Positions 10,700 through 20,754 of a DNA stretch of 26,214 bases are shown in pieces. The DNA comes from Macrostomum lignano. Its lineage: Eukaryota. The stretch lies in NCBI GenBank assembly GCA_002269645.1, contig NIVC01005106.1, forward strand, positions 1 through 26,214. The letters are read 5' to 3'. Numbering within the stretch: position 1 is the first letter of the stretch; each line of letters opens with the position of its first letter. The notes beneath the pieces are model-generated. The model was given only the letters and a program-made list of their open reading frames with translations. It made no database searches and was not told where the DNA came from. The translations under genes and the position numbers were made by a program.

Positions 10700-11950
10700 G
10701 CCATCAGAAAACGGACTCCTGTGAGGGAATTCTGCCAATCCAGGGCTTGTTGTAAAGGTTGTCCCGAAAATGAGAAAAACACTTTCGATTCCACGCCGTG
10801 ACTTAGCTGATGTCGAAGAAAGTCCGCAGCCACAAGAAAAATGGACAATATTCGGATGACAAACGGCTTTCCACCAAAAAGAGGCTTTACCATGATGGCT
10901 AGAACTGTTCGTGCAGCCTGACTGGCATCGTCGCTAGCACGTCTCATCGTGCACCGGTTACGTACGAACATCAAACATCAGAACACAATTTCGCTGAGGA
11001 CCAGAAATCTTGGAAAAACCTATCGCGTAATTTTGATTGCATCATACTCTATGCCCAGCTCCCCATTTCTTCGAGTTGATGTCGTTGCATGCTCTGATGG
11101 GGCAATGGAATGAGTGTTCTAATGTATGAATAGGCGGAGTTACTGATCAGGTTAAGTAAGGCCGACTGCCGAATGATAGAGTGCTATATCTGCGAGCAGT
11201 CGGTGAGCCCAGTGTTAGCTTTAACTAGCAAGAGTTTTATAGTTGGATCCGAAATCTCTAACGCTGCGCTTTCAATAGCGAATATGTTGCTTTTCGTGAA
11301 ATACAAAATCTCGTTCTCAACTGAAACTCAAAGTTTTGCATCGTACGATAATTGCATCTAGTTGCGACCAATATATCAGCGTGGGTTGAAAACCATAAGT
11401 AGGTCACGAACAGTAAGCGGCGTATGCATTTTGTAGGCGCGAATAGCAAAATTTGACGAAATAGACAATCGAACAAGCGTATCTTCGTTGGAGTCCAATA
11501 AAACAAATATAAATCCTACAGAAAAATGTAACCACTTAGGAGTGGCGCTTGAATGTTTCAGAGTCCTGTACGGAATCACACACACTATTCCACGAAGATA
11601 TGATGTCGTGTCGCGCAGCTGAAACTCCTCCAATTCATCGCATCATCGCCACTTCGTACGTCAAAGACTCCAAAGAGAACACTTCTCGCCTTCACATCTC
11701 TATTTCGTTCTAAAATGTAAAAAATCGTTTCCTGGGCGCTTCGAGGAAGTCTAGATTTTATCAACCAAATACTAAAGTCTTAAGTACAAATAGGTATCCA
11801 AAGCAACCATATCTTGGTTGTGGATAAGACAAGACGAAGGAACTCCATCGAAAATAGAAGGTGGATCCTCTAGGACCTCGAATCGTCGCTTTTCACCATA
11901 GCTGTGTCCGGTGGCCAGTGTTTGGCGCAGATTCCCATGTGATCTGTCTT
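10700..11950 (-). pseudogene. Possible highly decayed Ty3/gypsy remnant
   Basis: Broken motifs in plausible order on the minus strand: DPPSIFDG (gag-like), MQNFEFQL (RNase H end-like), AGHR..QDFWSSAKLCSDV..FVRN.C (integrase zinc-binding-like), FLVAAD..LSHGVESK (integrase core-like). All are weak and frameshifted. Confidence 0.25.
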
Positions 11951-12061
11951 CCACCTATACTAAATGACTAAGATTTGTCTGTCCAGATTTAACGCTCTAG
12001 TCCTTCCTTCCTATTCATCCAACTATACTAAATCTCTAAAGTCTGTCTGTCTGTCTGTGGA

Positions 12062-12096
12062 ATCATCATCATCATCATTCATCATCATCATCATCA
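12062..12096. repeat. (ATC)n microsatellite
   Basis: atcatcatc.. about 11 units with one interruption. Confidence 0.9.
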
Positions 12097-12666
12097 CAAT
12101 ATACTATACTTTATTTTACTATACTAAATCTCTAAGATCTGTCTGTCTGACCGGTATTCCAGTCTACAGCCTGAATGCCTGAACCGATTTTTTTCAAACT
12201 TGCTTTATTCAATTCCAAATTCTTGTGAGATTGTGTGGGTGTAATTGCATTGAAAAATTCGAATGGGAAGATGGTTAAATATTCGAAAAACGAGTTTTCC
12301 CAATGCTTTTAATGGGAGGCTAGAAAAGGTCAAAATCTTGACTAACTGAATAGCAATTCCAATTAAGATTGCGCCACAACTTTTCTCTCTTCATTGTGTA
12401 GTAGGCCTCAGTACTGGATGCAGTAAGGGAGAGGAAAATAATGCTCAGTGCTGCGTGTGTACATTCTGACTCTGGCTGACTGGCGGACTACATAGACAAT
12501 TGCTATTAATAGATTTCACTCAACATGTGCATTGGCTCTGCCTGCATACAACATGTGCACACTGAGCAGCCTATCCCTGCTATGTATTTGACTGCGGTGC
12601 CAAAGCATATATGTCTGATTTTTGCGCCCTCCGATCAGTAGGCGGAATAGCCGCAGTGTAGACATT

Positions 12667-12781
12667 GGGGTCGTACTATAAAGCTGTCGTAGCGTAAGTT
12701 CGAACGTACGTCGGAACTTTTACACTGCGGAGATAAGAGCTAAGAACGATCTTATCTTACGATGGCTTTATAGAACGGGCC
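12667..12781. mobile_element. Small TIR element (possible PIF/Harbinger-type MITE) nested in the Helitron
   Basis: Left gggtcgtactataaagctgtcgta versus reverse-complemented right ggcccgttctataaagccatcgta (about 24-bp imperfect TIR); ATT on both flanks. Confidence 0.45.
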
Positions 12782-13449
12782 ATTAGGACTAGGTTTAGGC
12801 TAGGCGTAAGGTCCAAGGTTCGAGTCTGCCTCCCCAGCGGTGAATTAAAATTAAATAAATTCATTCATTGGTAGCTTGTGCCTCGACTATTTTGAACATT
12901 TTTTTGAATAATAGTAATTTAAAAATATTTTTTAATTACAATAATTTATTTTTGCTACTCACACAAGCCACTAAGCAAATTTGATTTGATTTGTAAAATC
13001 CTAAGATCCCATTAATTGTTATTATCTAGGTCTATGGAAGTATTAAATTACTAAACTGCAGACGATGCTGCTAAACTGCTGAGGTATTGCTAAATGCTGA
13101 GTGATGCAAAAGATTGCCGATATGTATCGAAAATCGATTAGTGAGCCATACAATGCTGAGCTAATTTCTACATTATTGAAAGGATCATTGCAGTTTGCTG
13201 AGGATACTGATGCTGATACTGATTTCTGAGGTAGTTCCTCCAGACCTATGAGTGTATAGCTGCAAACTGCTGAGGGGATAACTATCTAAAGAGTTTTAAG
13301 TGGATAATAACGGTGAAGTATTAAGTGCAAGTTGTTGAGGCGATAACTGCGGACTGCTGAGTGAATTATTGTAGTTTGCTGATGTTAATGAAAGTTGTAG
13401 ACGGCAAAGTGGATAACTGCAGGCTGCTAAGAGTACTACTGCAGTCTGT

Positions 13450-14035
13450 TTTGCGGGATTAAAAGGATTAAAAGGATATGGATGGGTGGGGGATTCTTTG
13501 GATATGGATGGGTGGGGGATTCTTTGGATATGAATGGGTGGGGATTCTTTCGATGGGGACTCTGTGAATGAGGGACTCTTTTAATAGGGATTCTTTTGAA
13601 GGGGATTCTTTGCATATGAGATGTTATGGATGGGCAATGCATTGGATGGGAAATTCTTCAGATAGGAGAATTCCTTGAATGGGGAATTCTTTGGATCCGG
13701 GATTCTATTAATAGGGGTTCTTTGGATGGGAGATTTTTTGATATGGATGGAGGTCGAGGATTTTTTGGATAGGGATGGATAGGGGGATTCTTCGGATCGG
13801 GGATTCTATCGATGGGGGTTCTTTGGATGGGGATTCTCTGCATGTAAGATTCTATGGATGGGCAATTCTTCAGATAGGAGAATTCCTTGAATGGGGAATT
13901 CTTCGGATCGGTGATTCTATCGATGGGAGGTTTTTTGGATGGCGGATTCTTTTCATGTGAGATTCTTTGCATCGTGGATTTTATGGGTGGTGTATTCTTT
14001 GGATGAGGGATTCTTTGTATGGGAGATTCAGTTGG
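13450..14035. repeat. Degenerate G-rich minisatellite (ggattctttggatggg-type)
   Basis: Recurrent ggggattctttggat(a/g)(t/g)ggatggg units with internal block duplications. Confidence 0.85.
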
Positions 14036-14229
14036 GTGAAATTTTATTGCGTGGGAAAACTGTGGCTGGAGTTTGGACGGAAAGCCCCAACGGGAGTTGG
14101 AATTGGCTAGCTGAGGAAATTGATCCCTAATCTTGCTGGGGTACTTTCTATCAGGGGATGCTTGCTATCGGAAGGACGCTTGCTCTTGGGGTATGCTTGC
14201 TCGGAAGAGAATTTTAAGATGTCAAGATT

Positions 14230-14625
14230 TACAAGGGGAATTATTGAGATACATGTATAAAATCTTACCTTGGGGAATTAATGACATGTGAAGGCTTAAA
14301 TGGGACTTGCTGAGATGCCAAGGCTTGTGGGGGAATTGCTGAGGTGTGAAGGCTTAAAAAGGAATTGCTGAGGTCTTAAGTCTCGGGGAGGGGAATCGCT
14401 AAGATGTCAAGACTTACTGGAGGAATTACTGAGATATGAAGGCTTACTGGGAGAATTACTGAGATATCAAGGCTTGGGGAGGGGAATTACTGAGATGTCA
14501 AGGCTTTGGACGGGGAGAAATTGGTAACATGTCAAGGCTTGCGCCGGAATTGCTTAGATGTCAATGCTTGGGGAAAATTTCTGAGGTGTCGAGGCTTGGG
14601 GAAATTGCTGAAATGTTAAGTCTTG
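14230..14625. repeat. Degenerate ~28-30-bp minisatellite (gggaattgctgagatgtcaaggcttg)
   Basis: More than 10 variant copies of gaatt(g/a)ctgagatgtcaaggctt. Confidence 0.85.
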
Positions 14626-14629
14626 GGGG

Positions 14630-15235
14630 AATTCTATGGATTGATGATTCTTTGGATGAGGGATGCTTCTAATGGATAAATTTGGATAGGTGATTCATTG
14701 GGCAATTTCTTCGGTGGGGCATTGTTTCGATTGAGGGTTTTTTGAATGGGGGATTCTTTAGATGAATGATTCTTTAGATGGGGGTTATTTGACGGGGGTT
14801 TTTTAGATGAGAGGATTCTGGATTCTTTGGCCAATTATGCTTTTGATGGGGGATTATTTAAGGATGTGAATTATTTAGAGGGGGGATTTTTTGGAGAAGT
14901 AATTTTTTGGATATGGATGGTTAAGGTGATTATTTAGATAGGAATGGATGGGGAAATTCTTTGGATAGGGATGAATAGGAGGATTCTTGGGATAGGGATG
15001 GATGGGGGATTGTTTAGATAGGGATGGATGGGCGATTCATTAAATAGGGAATTCTACAGATAGAGGATTCCTTGAATGGGCAATTCTTCGGATCGGGGAT
15101 TCTGTCGATGGGGGGTTCTTTGTATGGGATTCTTTGGATGAGGGTTTTTTGCATGTGAGATTATTTGCATCAGGGACTTTATGGATTAGAGATTCTTTGG
15201 ATGGGGGGGGTTCAGTTGGGTGAATTTCTTTTGCG
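14630..15235. repeat. Second block of the G-rich ggattctttggatggg minisatellite
   Basis: Same motif family as 13450-14035; 15125-15294 parallels about 13945-14110. Confidence 0.8.
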
Positions 15236-15828
15236 TGGAAAAACTTTGGTAGGAGTTCTGACGGAAAGCCCCAACGGGGGTTGGAATTGGCTAGTCAAAT
15301 ATACTAAAAATCAAAACTATATGTATATATGTCAATTGGTGCCATGTAAAATAGCCGTCTTCTCGTCGTTTACGCGAATGCGTTGTCCGATTTTCTTCAA
15401 ATTTGCACCATTCGATCACAAATTTTTGCGTCTCGGTACATGCATTTTGGCTAAGAAATTGCTCGATGCTGAAGGCATTAAATATTCGAAAAACATGCTT
15501 TTTTGCAAAGGTCAAGCAAACTTTTCGACTTGAAATGCATAAGAATGCTAAGAGAAAAAATTGACTGGTTGAATTCTGATTCTGAAATAGATTGCATCAT
15601 TACTGAATTGTAACTCCGACTTGAATTGCGTCACAGTATTTAAAATGCAGTGTGGAAGCGTAGCACCAGACTTGATTTAGATTGCGTAGCACCAGACTTG
15701 ATTCAGTCAACTTTAATTTAATTGAGACTGATACTGACTTGCCTGGGAAATTGATTATGTCATAACTGCTTCGTGAGTGAGTGTTGAATTATATAGGTGC
15801 TACAATTTCATTTATAAATTCGATAAGA

Positions 15829-15890
15829 GCTAGCCTAGATGTGAACAGACTGGACTGCCAATGTCGCGACCTGGGTTCGAATCTTAGTAG
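15829..15890 (+). mobile_element. Decayed tRNA-derived (SINE-head-like) sequence
   Basis: A-box-like tagcctagatg and B-box ggttcgaatc at tRNA-like spacing; no intact cloverleaf. Confidence 0.3.
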
Positions 15891-15990
15891 AGAAATGTTT
15901 TTTTATTGAAAGCTTTTATTAAAGGACTAATTAAAGGACTAAAGGTGTCATAGTATAGAGTATAGTATAGAGTATAGTATAGTACAGGTA

Positions 15991-16377
15991 TAAACAATCA
16001 TAGAAGCGTCATGTAAAAATCATAGAAGCGTCATGAAAAATCATAGAAGCGTCATGTAAAAAATCATAGAAGCGTCATGTAAACAATCATAGAAGTGTCA
16101 TGTAAAAATCATAAAAGCGTCATGAAAAATCATAGAAGCGTCATGTAAACAATCGTAAAAGCGTCATGTAAACAATCATAGAAGCGTCATGTAAAAAATC
16201 ATAGAAGCGTCATGTAAAAATCAGAAGCATCATGTAAAAATCATAGAAGCGTCATGTAAAAATCATAGAAGCGTCATGTAAAAAATCATAGAAGCGTCAT
16301 GTAAAAAATCATAGAAGCGTCATGTAAACAATCATAGAAGCGTCAGGTAAAAATCATAGAAGCGTCATGTAAAAATC
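15991..16377. repeat. 21-22-bp tandem minisatellite (aaaaatcatagaagcgtcatgt)
   Basis: About 18 near-identical head-to-tail units with no spacers. Confidence 0.97.
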
Positions 16378-16440
16378 AATTTTCAATCAATAATTTTTGT
16401 CATTGTGATTTTTTTGTGTTTGTGATTTCAGAGCTCTACA

Positions 16441-16690
16441 GTCAGTAAACAGACAATAAAGTCTCTAAACAGACAATACAGCCTCTAAACAGACAATGCA
16501 GTCTCTAAAAAGACAATACAGCCTCTAAACACACAATACAGCCTTTAAACAGACAATACAGTCGTTTAACAGACAATACAGCCTCTAAACAGACAATACA
16601 GTCGTTTAACAGACAATACAGCCTCTAAACAGACAATAATACAGTCACTAATACAGCCTCTAAACAGACCATAAAATACAGTCAGTAAAC
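16441..16690. repeat. 20-bp satellite, short array (taaacagacaatacagcctc)
   Basis: About 12 units of the same monomer as 20755-22320. Confidence 0.95.
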
Positions 16691-17644
16691 AGATATAGTA
16701 CAGGTATAAGCAGGTCAAACCTGTATGTATAATTGGAATTTATGAAGCAGCCCTCATTGAGAGTAGGTTGACTGCATCTTAACTGGGCTAAAAGAGTTTG
16801 TGAATGGTGTATAGGAGCTGCTCTATATACCCTGTGGTTCCAGACTCTAAAAGGAGCATTTGCAGTCAAGCTCTGTAGCAGCCTTAAGCAGAGCTGAGCG
16901 ACTTAATGTTTGGTTTGAGAATGAATGTCTCTACATTTGCTTACACCGAATGCATGCAATTGAGCAGTGACGCGAGTCGGCAGGTAGTCAGGATGGCATA
17001 TACATGTGCATTTTTGTACCGCTAAAGCTATACTGGCTGCTTGTCGATGGCATCATCTGCTGAAGCGACAGTCGATCCTTTTGTAATAAATTATTACATT
17101 TTTCAATATCTGTACGAAATATTAAACTTGCTCAGCGTTAGTAGTCAGAAGCAGATCATACATATATCGTTGGAATAAATACAAGTGTTTGTTTAACTTT
17201 TGTTTCAATTTTTAAACTTCAATTTGTGGTTGTTAATAGTTTAAAATTTAATTTGCCGTTTGCTTCTTTGTTAGTTATAGCAGTTAAAGATGGATAAAAC
17301 AGTTTTTTGTACTGTGTATAATAATCGAAAAACTTATAAATGTTTAATAGTTCGGCGAATTCATTCATGCAGTTTCGTATTGTTCTACTTTCAAAGTAAG
17401 CCAGTATGAAATGGTAAGTGTGTATGTACGGTCATTCTTTGTCATGACATGCTATGGTGAGAATGAATTATACTTTGAATATTTCATGGCATTAGAATAT
17501 TCTGTTCACAAAACTTTGTACTGGTGCGCCATTCTTTCAAAAGTCCAAAAAAATAAATAAGTCTATCGCGGATTTTAATCAAAAGTCAAAAAAGTAATAT
17601 AGTTTACTAAGATATAGTTTATTTATATATATTAAAATAAATAT

Positions 17645-18218
17645 TCATTGGAAATTCATTGGCTGCGGCTGCTGTTGCTGCGGCTGCTGTTGCTGCTGCT
17701 GCGGCTGCTGCTGCTGCTGTTGCTGCTGCTGCGGCTGCTGCTGCTGCTGTTGCTGCGGCTGCTGTTGCTGCTGCTGCGGCTGCTGCTGCTGCTGTTGCTG
17801 CGGCTGCTGATGCTGCTGCTGTTGCTGCGGCTGCTCCTGTTGCTGCGGCTGCTGCGGCTGCTGCTGCTGCTGTTGCTGCTGCTGTTGCTGCTGCAGAAGG
17901 CGGGCGGCGGCCTTCATCGCGTTGCAGCTGGCTACGCGGTGGCGGCCTCCGCAGAAGAAACAAACGACTGGCAATTAAAAGAAGGGAAATTTTTGCAAAA
18001 TTTATCAGTAATAATACGAGTAGCATGAAAGTCGGTAACAGGCTACAATTAGATTAAATTTAGGACTATACTCGAATGTACTCAAAGCTGAAGATTTACA
18101 GTGTCTTAGGAAGGTACTCACTACTCTTTCCGCGTGGGCCGCTGCCGCGCTGCCAGCCGCCTCGCCTACCGCTGCCGCCTCGCCTTCTACCGCCGCCGAA
18201 TATTTGTGTAATATGCAT
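17645..18218 (-). CDS. Two-exon gene: RGG-rich N-terminus + CCHC zinc knuckle + polyQ/P tail (139 aa), copy 1
   Basis: Exon 1 (18218-18122) encodes MHITQIFGGGRRRGGSGRRGGWQRGSGPRGKS. Then comes a GTGAGT donor, a 154-bp intron and the acceptor tttcccttcttttaattgccAG. Exon 2 (17967-17645) encodes (I)VCFFCGGRHRVASCNAMKAAARLL-polyQ-PMNFQ*. Splice phases match (1/1). No expression evidence. Confidence 0.7.
17661..17895 (-). repeat. CAG/CAA/CCG trinucleotide repeat (polyQ interrupted by P)
   Basis: (gct/gtt/gcg)n on the plus strand; about 78 codons. Confidence 0.97.
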
Positions 18219-18991
18219 CTTATCTTTTTATTATTATGACTCTAAAAACGAATCAGACTATATAGGCACTGAAACTGAGGTGTAGGGGCGAATAAAATAG
18301 GGGTTATGGGTTGTGCGTCGTCGCTTCGCTGAGCCTTAGGGTGGTTTTCTGTACAAGTCTGAGGCTTCCTATTGGTCGGTTGTGCAAGCGAGGGTGTGCA
18401 GGTCGGGGCTTTAGAGCGGCGATTGGTCTACAAATTGTCTAGCGTACTGGTGGCCATGCAGCCTGACTTGAGGGTCGCCTGTTTTTCTTTCCCGGCTTAG
18501 AAGGTGCGAAAATGGCTGAACCAGTCAGCCGCGCCATACAAGTTTTGTTTGTACAGTGAAGTACATGCGACCGCGAACTCTTAAAGTATTGCCTACACTT
18601 GCTGAGTCAGTCGGTGAGAATTGTGTCACCATAAAACGAGATAGCAAACAAACAAAAGTATCAGGTGAGAAAAGTGAGGAGACCTTAGCTTACAGCAGAG
18701 GGTGCAGTGTGTGCTTTAATGCTGGGCACGGGAGTGATTGGGGTGGGTTGTGTGTCCAGCCAATTAGATTGTGTAATAAAAATAAAAATGAATGCAAAAT
18801 TGAGTACAATGTACTGGGCTGGAGGGGAGGTGGTGTTTTTTCGTGGCTACTTTTATTTCAACATATATACTTTGTGATTTGTTGAGCCTATTTTGTTGTC
18901 TTAAAGTTAAAGCTTATCATTGCTTAGAAAAAGTTTGATTGATACTTTTTATCAGTTCCTTTTTCGACTGTTGGATAATTCTTTGTGCAAA
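18219..18991. promoter_or_regulatory. Putative bidirectional promoter between the divergent genes
   Basis: 773-bp interval between the two ATGs. It has a locally GC-richer core, ATTGG at 18371, 18422 and 18737, CCAAT at 18760 and GGGGCG at 18285. Confidence 0.4.
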
Positions 18992-20563
18992 ATGGCCTCT
19001 TATTCACAGTCACCTTTGAAAAAGAAGTCGAAGAAGGATGGGATTGCAGGTCTGACAGCTGGTCAAATGCCTACGCCTGTCACTGGCCTTGTGACGAACC
19101 TGAAAGACGTTCACACGTATAATAACAACAAAGGTCAGGGCCAAGTGTTTTCGTTCATCTTGGTGGACGACTCATCTGAGATGCGAGTCAGCGTCTTCGG
19201 TAAGGACCTGCAAGCTGTCTGGGAAGTTTGCAACGATGCTGAAGCCGTTCGCATATCCGGCGGGATGGTGAAGACTGCCAAGCCAGAGTACAAGTGTACG
19301 GACAATCCACTTGAGATGACCGTTTCCGTGGATTCCAAGGGCTTCATCTAAAGAAGCAACGAAGTGCCGGTTGCTCGAGATCCAGTAATTAATTACACTA
19401 GTCAACTGCAACAGACTGGATTGGACAGGTGAGTGACTAATTGATTTAGTAGTTTTCGTCATGTATTAGTGCTCAAATATCGTGGAGTGAAAGTACATGT
19501 AATCGTGTTTTTGGGTGACAGTTAGTTTGCCTTGTGTTTGAAAATATTTATCATCGCAACACTGTACGAAGCCTGGGTTATTAGCTTCATGATGCTACTG
19601 TTAGTGTACAAATAGAAATCTAATGTGATGCTTAAGTTAGTGTGTAAATAGTTAAAAAAAGTATTGCTCCCTTTCACTATCAGAATCGTCGATGTGCTGG
19701 GAGTGATCGACGCCAGGCAACCGTCTGAAGAAGTCCGAACGCGTGCTGGGAAGAAGGTTAACGTAGCCAAAGTGACTTTGGTTGACCGAACCTTCGGCTC
19801 TGTAAGCTGCACGTTTTGGGGTTCGTCGTCAGCTCAAGTGGACAGGTGGAACATCGGCGATGTTTTGTCCATAAGAAGAGCAAAGGTGCAGGAGTATTCG
19901 GGCTCCGTCACGTTGGGATGCTCGAACTCTGACGTAAAATGCAACAGTGACGATGGTGAAGCCAGAGTCTTGGCTGACTGGTATAGGAATGCAAAGGAAG
20001 GCGATACCCGGTTTGAACCTGTGCCCGCTCCAGTGCCTACTCCAGGACTGATGAGATTGGAGACGAAAGTGTGACCACCATTCGGGAGCCTGCTGCCTTG
20101 TTTGAGTTTTATGACAAACACTCAAAGGAAATTGTGAGGGACTTCGGAAATGCCAAAAGGTGAGTGATTTTCTACAAATTTAGTTGATTATTAAATATAA
20201 TAAAGTTTGTTAGGTTACAAGGTTAGACAGGTGTTCAGTTAAGCCATTTATTTTGATAATCGCAAATTGAATAGCAAAGAGAACAGTACTTATTGTGTTG
20301 CTTTTATGTATTCATGCTTAATAGGACTTTCTTGTCACACATATTCTATATCCTTATAAATTTTTTCTTCTCGCAGATTCGATACAGACGAGTGTCGACG
20401 GGTGATGACCGGAGTCAGTTTCACCGCAGTGGAGGTGTCGACAGTCAGGATGAGTCGAGCAGAATGTCGTTCGATGATCACAGCGTACAGAACAGCACTT
20501 CGTATCAGTGAGTTGCCACAGTTGGCGCGTGCCACTTTTTTGACCCGAGCGTCTGATGGCTGA
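18992..20563 (+). pseudogene. RPA70 (RPA1)-like tandem OB-fold gene B1 with an in-frame premature TAA
   Basis: Exon 18992-19428 is DBD-A-like (KGQGQVFSFILVDDSSEMRVSVFG..LEMT) with TAA at 19349-19351 and donor ag|GTGAGT. The exon from 19684 is DBD-B-like (IVDVLGV..VTLVDRT..CTFWG..AKVQEYSG..ARVLADWY). A second donor follows 20159 and the last exon is 20377-20563. Both junctions are phase 2 and in frame. A frame change near 19981-20046 needs either a 65-bp GT-AG intron or a frameshift. Confidence 0.85.
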
Positions 20564-20754
20564 GAGTGAAATCAAAGTCGCGTAGAGTCTCAATGAACTG
20601 ATAGCCCTGAGAGAGTGCATTGAGTAAATCCTATTTACGAGGAATGTTTCATAAGTTCCTCCTTATACTCATAGGACATAAATATAACAGTACTTAAAGT
20701 AGACATTACACAATAAATACAGTCGTCTAACATAAAATGATGCAGTCCCTAAAC

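Larger units (their letters stand above)
11955..15294 (+). mobile_element. Probable non-autonomous Helitron with repeated termini
   Basis: A 5'-type motif ctatactaaat..ctaa..(gtct)n occurs at 11955, 12023 and 12119, followed by gaaccgatttttttcaaactt. The 3' end is a hairpin CCAAC-gggg-GTTGG then aattggCTAG|T (15271-15294), duplicated at 14087-14110. The canonical 5' TC is not preserved and no Rep/Hel coding sequence is seen. Confidence 0.6.

Noticed and set aside
10396-10974. 192-aa ORF as a real gene
   Set aside because: Its distal half is Phe/Leu-rich translation of A-rich DNA, with no coherent domain or splice support.
13436-14834. Pro/Ile/Lys-rich and Gly/Asp-rich ORFs
   Set aside because: They are translations of the G-rich minisatellite.
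15829-15890. Functional tRNA gene
   Set aside because: Acceptor and D stems cannot be paired and only box-like motifs remain. A similar lone ggttcgagtc near 12817-12826 was also dismissed.
16660-16869. 69-aa ORF repeated in both units (also 22683-22892)
   Set aside because: It starts at a non-ATG codon, ends in satellite-derived sequence and is repeated only because of the recent duplication.
17619-18057. PolyAla and polyLeu ORFs (also at 23642-24080)
   Set aside because: They are alternative-frame and antisense shadows of the CAG/CAA repeat; only the polyQ frame links to a knuckle motif and an in-phase upstream exon.
19349-19351. Alternative genetic code (TAA = Gln) explaining the internal stop
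   Set aside because: The aligned codon in paralog A is TGT rather than a Gln codon, and LINE ORF2 ends at TAG right after its expected C-terminal region; a nonsense mutation is simpler.
18992-20563. Calling this the host RPA1 gene
   Set aside because: It lacks the 70N domain and the DBD-C zinc ribbon, has an internal stop and is multi-copy; no gene symbol was assigned.
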